The position numbers and the translations under genes were made by a program. A DNA stretch of 59,512 nucleotides from Phoronis australis (taxonomy: Eukaryota > Animalia > Phoronida): contig NMRA01000073.1 of NCBI GenBank assembly GCA_002633005.1, forward strand, positions 1,066,213 to 1,125,724, read 5' to 3'. The notes beneath the pieces were generated by a model. That model did no database searches and was not told where the DNA came from. It saw only the letters and a program-made list of their open reading frames with translations. Positions 50,941-59,512 of this stretch are shown piece by piece; the first letter of the stretch is position 1; each line of letters begins with the position of its first letter.

Positions 50941-51061
50941 GTTGGTATATTCTCCTTCTGTATTCTCTCGTATTAACACTATGTCCACATTCTGATGTTT
51001 ACACTTAACATTGGGCAAATTCTTCACGTGTACAACATTGGCAAACAGGTCTAGTTCTGTC
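50929..51061 (-). CDS. IDH3G: IDH3 gamma exon
   Basis: [44 protein letters not shown], donor GAG|GTGAGT. Confidence 0.95.
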
Positions 51062-51889
51062 CTGCAATTCCAACAGTATCTTGTTTATAGCAACTGCCAG
51101 GACCAACAACAATGTGTACATAGATACCACTTAAAAACTAAGTGCAATTCATTTGAATTAAAAATTAACATAGATAGCATACTTAATTCAAAGTCTCCAC
51201 AGATGCTAAAAACATGAGTAGCATTATCAACAAATTTACACATTCAGCTAAATAGGTATAAATATACTGCTCTGAAACGAGCCAAATTTCGACATGTTTC
51301 CAAGGTTACTCATAACCTTAAAGCCCCACGCAACGCTATCTTTGAAAAGCATTGGTTTGCGTTTGGGGCTGGAAGCCTTTGTTTCAGCTTTTTAATATTG
51401 CGAGTTAGCATTCATGATTACACATGATAAAATCGTGGGCTGAACAAAGATCATGACTGATTGCCTTAACTGAAAGATTCACCACAACAAACTTGATTTA
51501 TTCCCGTTCAAACAGTGCAATTTCCACTTGACCTAATTAGCGCTGAGTGTACCTTTAGGAATGGCAGCTAAAATTTAGCGTCTCTTATATGATTAAAGGT
51601 CAAATCTGTGCTTAAAGTCAGTGACAGTTCCCAGGCATACAGTGATTTCATTTTCCATGCGATTCCCTGGATTTAATTTAATACATTTTTCACAAATTAT
51701 TCTTTACCACAAAAATTGGACTTTGAAATTTTCCACCAATGAGTTTTCCGTGAACTTTAACCCACTTTTCATTTCCATTATCTTATCCATGCATGGATTA
51801 TTATTGTCATTTCCAAATCTGCCATAATGCATAAGAACCATGACAGCCTAGGCCATGAAAAACCGTATCACTCATTGAACTCCACAAAC

Positions 51890-51959
51890 CTTAGGAGGGC
51901 ATTGGGGGCTTTATACGAAGCATCAGGCTCTTCATTTGGCAGCTTGGACTCGATATTAC
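51890..51959 (-). CDS. IDH3G: IDH3 gamma exon
   Basis: ttgcag and AG|GTTTGT boundaries. (G)NIESKLPNEEPDASYKAPNALL(R) aligns to human [21 protein letters not shown]. Confidence 0.85.
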
Positions 51960-51999
51960 CTGCAATTGCAAGCATCCATATACAACTCTTTGGTGATCT

Positions 52000-52866
52000 N
52001 NNNNNNNNNNNNNNNNNNNNNNNNNNNNNNNNNNNNNNNNNNNNNNNNNNNNNNNNNNNNNNNNNNNNNNNNNNNNNNNNNNNNNNNNNNNNNNNNNNNN
52101 NNNNNNNNNNNNNNNNNNNNNNNNNNNNNNNNNNNNNNNNNNNNNNNNNNNNNNNNNNNNNNNNNNNNNNNNNNNNNNNNNNNNNNNNNNNNNNNNNNNN
52201 NNNNNNNNNNNNNNNNNNNNNNNNNNNNNNNNNNNNNNNNNNNNNNNNNNNNNNNNNNNNNNNNNNNNNNNNNNNNNNNNNNNNNNNNNNNNNNNNNNNN
52301 NNNNNNNNNNNNNNNNNNNNNNNNNNNNNNNNNNNNNNNNNNNNNNNNNNNNNNNNNNNNNNNNNNNNNNNNNNNNNNNNNNNNNNNNNNNNNNNNNNNN
52401 NNNNNNNNNNNNNNNNNNNNNNNNNNNNNNNNNNNNNNNNNNNNNNNNNNNNNNNNNNNNNNNNNNNNNNNNNNNNNNNNNNNNNNNNNNNNNNNNNNNN
52501 NNNNNNNNNNNNNNNNNNNNNNNNNNNNNNNNNNNNNNNNNNNNNNNNNNNNNNNNNNNNNNNNNNNNNNNNNNNNNNNNNNNNNNNNNNNNNNNNNNNN
52601 NNNNNNNNNNNNNNNNNNNNNNNNNNNNNNNNNNNNNNNNNNNNNNNNNNNNNNNNNNNNNNNNNNNNNNNNNNNNNNNNNNNNNNNNNNNNNNNNNNNN
52701 NNNNNNNNNNNNNNNNNNNNNNNNNNNNNNNNNNNNNNNNNNNNNNNNNNNNNNNNNNNNNNNNNNNNNNNNNNNNNNNNNNNNNNNNNNNNNNNNNNNN
52801 NNNNNNNNNNNNNNNNNNNNNNNNNNNNNNNNNNNNNNNNNNNNNNNNNNNNNNNNNNNNNNNNNN
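52000..52866. other. Assembly gap (N run), probably containing one IDH3G exon
   Basis: N run. The exon equivalent to human HACVPVDFEE...ALKG (phase 2-1) was not found in the flanking sequence. The right flank 52867-52933 is a ~29-bp C-rich tandem repeat. Confidence 0.9.
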
Positions 52867-54733
52867 TTCCTCCCCACCACCCCAGCTAATTCCTTTCCTT
52901 CCCACCACCCCAGCCAATTCCATTCCTACCCACTAGAGAGTAACTTCTCTTGCCAATCTGAGCCCACAGTCATTTACTTCTCACTGAAACATGAATTAAA
53001 GCATTGGCTCTTCCAAATGGTTGAAGTAATCTACAGTTAATCAACAGTGAAATTGGCATCAAGCAAGCATTCATAAGCCTATGTCGAGGAACCTTTGAAT
53101 GAAAAAAATATTCATGGCAAATTAAACACATTTTTCTAACCCCTGATATCCTAATAACATTATTTTAGCAGTATGGTGACTTATGGTAAAAATTTTCCAG
53201 TTTGAGATCTCGAGTGAAAAAATATATCATTTACTCAAGGAGGTTGTATCAAATTTTAGAAATAGGCAATAATGACTATCCCAAATTTAAGAATTACGAT
53301 GAATGACAACTGATCATTTACCTCACTAGACACTACAAAGATTCATAAAAAGTAGTGCTGGCAGCTATTTTTGATGATTTTGCGAACTGTTAAGTATATT
53401 TTCAGACTCTTTCGATACAAAACGCAGTGTCAGGTATATTGAGAAACATGATGAACACCAAAACCATCCACACTCTAATCGTTAAAATCAAGAGATTGAA
53501 TTTAATTTCAACTTGAACTTCGGTTGCCCAAACTTCTAAGACTGCCCAAACTGGAGAATTTTTACCGTAGAAGAGAATTCTTCTGCCCAACTGGATTTTT
53601 AGAATTTTTAGCTTCAATTCATAAAGTATATGTCCACAGTAGAATGTTGCTGCAGAAGAAATCAACAAACTTTGTCCCACCATAGATTACAGACAACAGT
53701 TTTATAAATGCGACATTTTCTTGTGAAGTATCCAAGAGGAGGCGCCACCCTCTAAACATAGCAAACTCAGCTTCCAGTTAATGTATTGTGACGGGAAATT
53801 CCTCCATCTATTTTACTGTCTAGTGCAACGAAAAAATAATAATTTTGGCATTGAAACGCTCTTCAAGGTCTTCCAGTAGCTGAGTCCACAAATTTTGAGT
53901 GGCACTACCGTGCATTCGAGCTTAAAATGAAATGTCCCGTAGAGTATGTAAACTGTCGTTGAAGTGCGAGATTGATTTTTGAGTAGGTCTGGTGGTTATT
54001 TCTGGAGTATTAATATGAGCTTTATTTAAGACTTTAACATTTTAGGAGCATTCAATTTATTTAAACACGGAAGTGATTAGGGCAAAATCGCTGATCCAAA
54101 TCGCAACGAAATGAACAAGATTAGCAGACGACGTACTTGCTGGAAGTAAAGCGTGCTATGTCTGCCAGGTGTCGCTAGCAAATAATGATGCCACGGCTTA
54201 TGGTTAAGATCACAGATTTCATCCAATGAAAATATACCGAGTTGGCGGACCATGTACTATAGTCTATGGTCCCACAGTGTAAAGCAGTATTCTCCGCGCA
54301 TGAAAACTTAAAAATCAGAACTGCACAAACACCAAGGACATACATGTTGGAAGCGTGTCGTGACTGACGTTTTCCTTAGTGCAAATGCCCTTGACCGTGC
54401 TTTGTGCACATTTACCTTTGTTACACACCTGGTCTTTATTCAGTTTCAATGAGCTATGGCCAGTTGTTTTGTTAAGCCCAACTTAAAATAAGCAAACATA
54501 TTGTTAGCGAAGGAAATGCCTTTCTTCCGAACTGGTCACTATTTCTTCAAATAGATCAAGGGCATTCAAACCTGACACAAAGTCGCGGTGACATTATAAA
54601 ACAGACTTTGGACAACACAGAATAGTGTCAAAATTATAATATGTGCTCAGGTGCTAAAAAACCCTTTGTATTGGAGATTGTAATGAATGAGACTTCAAAC
54701 CAGAAAGATCTGGGTGTTATCCAAAGAACATAC

Positions 54734-54837
54734 CTGACCACTTGTCTAACATGGTTCATCAGCTCTGGACCGACACCATCACCAGGTAACATGGCAACCG
54801 TGTGCCGACCTCCATATAAGGCTTGGCACCTAGGAGT
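54734..54837 (-). CDS. IDH3G: IDH3 gamma exon
   Basis: [35 protein letters not shown] (human gamma [21 protein letters not shown]). Confidence 0.95.
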
Positions 54838-57135
54838 CTGTAAGTTTAGGAAAGGAAGTGTCAGTGAAAAACATGCTCTGCTTTACATGGACTACAAATA
54901 AAAACCCATAACTTGTATTATGACACCATTTCCAGACAACCAACTCTAGCAAACTCTGAGAGCCACTTAATTTGTGTGGTAGTCCAGATCAGACTGTAAA
55001 ATTTCTCATGAAAACGGTCTGACTTTAGCACAATCTAAGGGCCAAAATGCCCATTTTCACTGCGAGCACGATATACTCGTGAGATTTAAATCGTAGTTCT
55101 AACCATGCCACGGTGAACATATATATGGTCAAGTGCATTGAGAGGTCTTGTAGAAAGGGCCCGCCCTCAGTGGTGGAAGGGGCTTGTAAAATTGAAAGTA
55201 ATGTGGAGAATCAGCGAGATAATAACAAATTGCCGACATTATAGAGATGGGTAAGTAGGATCAGAAATGCAAGACTTCCATTGCACTAACACAAAGGCTT
55301 GTTAGTAACTTGACAACAGGGAATGACTCTTTTGCCGAATGGTGAACACACCAGTCTAAGTTTTAGACTGTGGAACCATTTTGGCAAGGTAGTGACCCAG
55401 GAGGCCAACTTTCAACCACAAGTAAACTGGTGGATTATCAATGTAGTCCATTAGTGATTGGCTCACTCTAGAGGTCATGGAGGTCGACCTTAATGTGATG
55501 AAAAAAATACAAGCTATAAGCATGATTGTGCAGTGATGCAATAACAACAGAAATGGCTCAGTTCACGATTTTGTAGACAGAACGAAAGACTATTAAAAAA
55601 ATATTGATTGCGGGAGTATTTGTTTAAGCTGCAAGGATGTAAAGATCCCAGCTGCCTCCCATGTGACTTTGATAGTTTGGCTAGGGATTAGCATAATATG
55701 TGGACTATGATCCTCCGGCACACGACATTGATTATGATACGCCACCACTGACCTAAAAGTACAATGATTTTTCATCAGTTATACCCTTAAAAATTGGCTG
55801 CAGCCAATTGCCAGGTAAATTAACCACACCCTACTACAATTACTACTAGTTTAATACTGGACCATGGCGGATTGTTAAATTCAAGTAAACGGGTCCCTCT
55901 TGACAATGGCTGCTGGAAAACAGGGTTATTGTTTACAATCCAACTATGTTAACGTACATACTTGATACTACTATTTTATGAATCCTCTAGTCACAGTGAT
56001 TCCAAAAATGTAATACTTGTACTGATTGCTCACTTCTTATTCATGATTTTCGATTTTTCTGAGGCGTCCATTTGCAACACGCATTTAGTGAGGCAGCCAT
56101 TTTTAAAACTGCGACATCTTTCAGCAGGATTGATAACTAAAAGTTAACCTAGAGTGAAGTTGGTACGATGCAGAATGTGTTTCTGTGTTCAAGTATTTTA
56201 GCCTGCCAGTGATATTAGTTATCTTATTACCTAATTCCACTTGTTTGAAACAGTTTTTGTCTCTGAAACATGTCTGCCATAACAGGAGCCAAAATCATGT
56301 CCATGAGATGTCAAGTGTTTTCGAAGATGATATTTGTCCACAAGAATACGTGTTTTTTCTAAAGAGGAAGTTTTGAAGAGGCAATCCTTTATAAATGACT
56401 ATTACTGTTTTTTACTGAGAGTTTCCCTAATGTGCCATGCAGTATCTTCAATATTACAAGTCAATGTTGGGGTCTTTTGACACATGCGTGATCCCTGCTG
56501 TTATCATTCCTGCCGAAAAGTGTCGAGATCGGCTGCCGCAAAAGAACTCCTCGTAAAAACAGAGAATGCATGAATGAGAAGAGCCTAATCAGTACAAGTA
56601 ATAATTTTGGAATCACCATGATCATCATGCCGAGAGCTGAGAGGATTCAGAAAATATTTATATCGTGTATGTACGCTTATGGAGCCAGATTGTAAGTTAC
56701 AACAACTGAAAACCAGTTTTAAACGAATAATTGCCAGGACGTGTTTACTCAACTTTTACAGGTCTAAGTCCCAGTGCAGATTCTGAAACTTCTCGAATAA
56801 TTTTTAGATCATGGCGGTGCCCCGGCCAGATTCTTCACAAAATCGAAAGACAGAAAAACTAACATCACAATCACAGTCTCCAAATTGGCCAACTATACTT
56901 GACAGCAAAATGTACTGAGACTATCTGATGACACACCCTACACTACTAGAGTACCACAAACTACACTACACAGACACAATCGCGAATCGAGCAGAAGAAA
57001 ATTCAGACATTGAAAATGAAATTCAGAGACAGAGTCGTGTTTCAGCAGTCATACAACGGCGATCGCTGGTTTTCTAAGTCACTTCACAGGGTTAGTAACT
57101 TTTGGAGAAGCTGCGCTCTAAATATGCCCACGTAC

Positions 57136-57204
57136 CGCACATGAAAACGACCTCGAGCTTTTTAAAACGCACGAAGAAACTCGAACAATTTTTTTCAGAG
57201 ACAT
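57136..57204 (-). CDS. IDH3G: Probable IDH3 gamma first exon (mitochondrial targeting peptide)
   Basis: MSLKKIVRVSSCVLKSSRSFSCA is basic, Ser-rich, has no acidic residues and includes an R-S-F-S motif. Donor GCG|GTACGT, phase 0. ETS-like CCGGAAAT is adjacent. Small intervening exons may exist. Confidence 0.7.
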
Positions 57205-57720
57205 GCCGGAAATGACTGTGCCCAAGCAATATCAATATGATAAGATTTTCGTTTCTCTCAAAAGATAGCGCTTTATGTGACCTAATTACTGACTAAACAA
57301 ACCTATTCTGAGAGACGTCATTTCTTGACTTGGTACTTCGGTGTTTTTTCATACTTGAAGAGCTAATAATTAGTGAGCATGTGCTGATTGATCATCGAAG
57401 GTAATCTTGTGACATGACTCCTAATTTTCCAGTATTCTGGAAGCTATTTTAAAAGCTTCCAAAAGGAAGTCTATGCATTTAAAAAGTGACTCCTTCAACA
57501 ATGAACAATTTTGGATGTCGTGCGTTTGGTATGCGAGAGTCACACTTGCAGCTTGATACGTCTTTTTCTTCTTCTCTTCCTCTTTTTCGTCATTAATAAG
57601 TGGCGGTAGTGTTAGGTGGTTCAGTATTGTGCATTGCAAAGTTTTCAAAATTTCATTTTCAGGGGCCTATCAGTCACTCACTGATCAATCACTATCAGTA
57701 GGCTTACGTAAAGTTGTTTA

Positions 57721-57817
57721 CACAGGCGTCCTCAGCTTCTGATCGTCCCCAATACACTACATATAATACTACTATATGTAGTGTATTGGGGACAATCAAA
57801 AGCTGAAGACGCCTGTG
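57721..57817. mobile_element. 97-bp hairpin MITE with CAC...GTG ends and 5-bp TSD
   Basis: 45-bp arms at 57721-57765 and 57773-57817, 7-nt loop. GTTTA on both sides (57716-57720, 57818-57822). Confidence 0.85.
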
Positions 57818-58384
57818 GTTTACAGTAGCAGGCCTACACACACCTGACCTATAAAGAGTATCATCAAACGTTGTAATTTATGACGTTTTTACTAATTATA
57901 CAGAGTCGAAGGCTTACACTAAGTCGTAAATAGTTGGTGTATTATTGGCTCTGTGCACAGTTACCACATGAGTGAACCAGTCTCCTGTATTCTCAAGTTG
58001 TTGTTACTTGCTGACGTCATCCTGCTCATTCGTCACCTTTTACTTTAGAGTCTTAACAGTTCAGTCACTTCATAAATTTCATAGGTTACAACCGTTTTTA
58101 TTCACCAGTGACTCAAAGCATGCTTCTAAAATATCTCTAATACCCAGAAGTTACCTTAAAATTGACTACTGCTGAGGCATTTGGTCAACTGTTTGAGATT
58201 AATTTTATAGGGATAAACTCTCTCTCAAAACAAATTGCACAAAAAGCGGATTTAAGTGTCTTTAAATGAAGAAGCATTGTTTCTGTTGCAAGATTTTCGC
58301 CTTTGGGTCATGTTACTGTAGATATGAACATATACAGTAAGTAGAATAATGTAAATGACTACTTCCGGAATTCAAAGTAGATTA

Positions 58385-58543
58385 CCGTAATCGTTCGGGT
58401 TAACGCCCATGCTCAGTTAACCGCCCATCCCCGACTTTAAGTGGATTTTCAATTTAACTGCCCACTGCTCGGTTAAGCGCCCTCCCCCGATTTTTTGGAT
58501 TCGCCAATTTAACCGCCCAGGGCGTTAACCCGAACAATTACGG
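58385..58543. mobile_element. Tc1/mariner (pogo-like) MITE with TA TSD
   Basis: TA|CCGTAATCGTTCGGGTTAACGCCC ... GGGCGTTAACCCGAACAATTACGG|TA, with internal repeats of TTAAC(C)GCCC. Confidence 0.85.
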
Positions 58544-59084
58544 TAAGTAGTCATGTGACCAAGTTAAATAGAAATTGTCTCTGGTACACTTAACCATTTC
58601 CCAGTATTGCTTGTCTGTGTTCGCCTGGATTTTGAACTTCCGTTGATTAACCCCTCCCGTCCTATTCCCCGTTATGTGGAACGGAAAGTCTCTAAATGCC
58701 AGCAATTCCTAGGTATCATTTGACCAGTACTCGACTTCACTGCCCGCATGCAGACCCTCATAATAATTATCCAAATTATAAGTCATTCACAATTGTTTGT
58801 GTTGTTTTCAGGGCCTTGCAATTTTGTAATTATCCACTTATCACATGTGTTATCAAGAGATCTGAAGTATGATTTGGTTTATAGATCACACAAGTCTAGA
58901 AATTTTCTTGACATCGTAGGACCAATATCATAATTCAGTTACATCTGAGTTGTGTTGAATTGTGAAAAGACTGGCCAGCCATGTGATTTTCTGAAGCATA
59001 TTCTAGAAATTCTTCAGTTTGGGTGGCAATACATTTGGAAATTTCATTGTCAAATTCATCCACGAAGATAACTTTTTAGAAGAA

Positions 59085-59112
59085 TTTACTTTACTTTACT
59101 TTACTTTACTTT
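59085..59112. repeat. (TTTAC)n microsatellite
   Basis: Directly visible, about 5.5 copies. Confidence 0.9.
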
Positions 59113-59512
59113 TGGTTTGTATGGCGTGGCTATTACTAAACAACATGTGATGTTTTGACCATTTACAAAGATGTGTTAAGCCTCTGAAAAATGCAAATAT
59201 GGCAACTTTTGCTATTTTGTTCCCAATTGAGGAATTTTTCTGCATATCTTACCGCACGTGTAATATACTTTGGATGTTCTTCCGCACACCGGAAGCTTGA
59301 TTTCTATACTGGTTAGGAAACTTTTACAACTGCTTTTGTCTTGGTAAAGTGGCTTAATTTTGATTGTTGTGTTTCGAGCGGTTATAAACCTGCGTTTCAC
59401 CAAGGAAACAAATTTCTGATTCAGAAGAGTTAATGCGGGCTATAAAATGGTTCCTTCTGTGGATGAGGAGGGATGTTTGGTTTTGCAAAGAACTTGCAGT
59501 TTATTATTGCTT

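Noticed and set aside
50570-51008. Three overlapping plus-strand ORFs with 16-aa repeats
   Set aside because: Antisense translations of the 48-bp minisatellite.
51827-52936. Four long ORFs of 317-369 aa
   Set aside because: Artefacts of the N gap. Only the 70-nt IDH3G exon inside one of them is real.
54504-54571. Possible missing IDH3G exon (LNALDLFEEIV...) after a gtcag acceptor
   Set aside because: Wrong phase for the upstream exon, and it runs into stop codons with no ALKG motif or donor.
45786-54837. Assignment as IDH3B or IDH3A
   Set aside because: YAFDYA is beta-like, but YGGRHTV, GNIE, GGPGLV, TRNSGRSIA and TPDIGG are gamma-type.
55770-56800. Possible small IDH3G exons between exon 1 and the 54837 exon
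   Set aside because: The candidate donors near 55783, 56032 and 56747 gave no convincing open, phase-compatible exon.

Overview
AT-rich, intron-containing eukaryotic genomic DNA, probably from an invertebrate animal (species not determinable), with an N gap at 52000-52866. Three spliced genes can be assembled by hand from GT-AG junctions with consistent phases. (1) QNG1/C9orf64 queuosine salvage hydrolase on the minus strand, with coding exons at 1084-4833; its 3' exons lie off the left edge. (2) An FGD-family Cdc42 RhoGEF (DH-PH-FYVE-PH) on the plus strand, core exons 31735-41133, probably starting at 7057 head-to-head with QNG1. (3) IDH3G (NAD-IDH gamma subunit) on the minus strand, 45786-57204, with one expected exon probably inside the gap. 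Introns are rich in small foldback elements/MITEs, minisatellites, an RTE-LINE 3' fragment and tRNA-derived repeats. The most notable observations are: a 48-bp minisatellite that multiplies an IDH3G exon end plus its 5' splice site; a palindromic element with a tRNA-like Pol III promoter at its centre; a Ser-to-Ala change at the conserved IDH3G allosteric-site serine; a 900-bp element with 272-bp TIRs and a 9-bp TSD; a CAC-ended hairpin element with a 5-bp TSD; and several candidate alternative phase-1 FGD 5' exons. I found no CRISPR array or prokaryotic-type system. Nearly all listed short ORFs are spurious.
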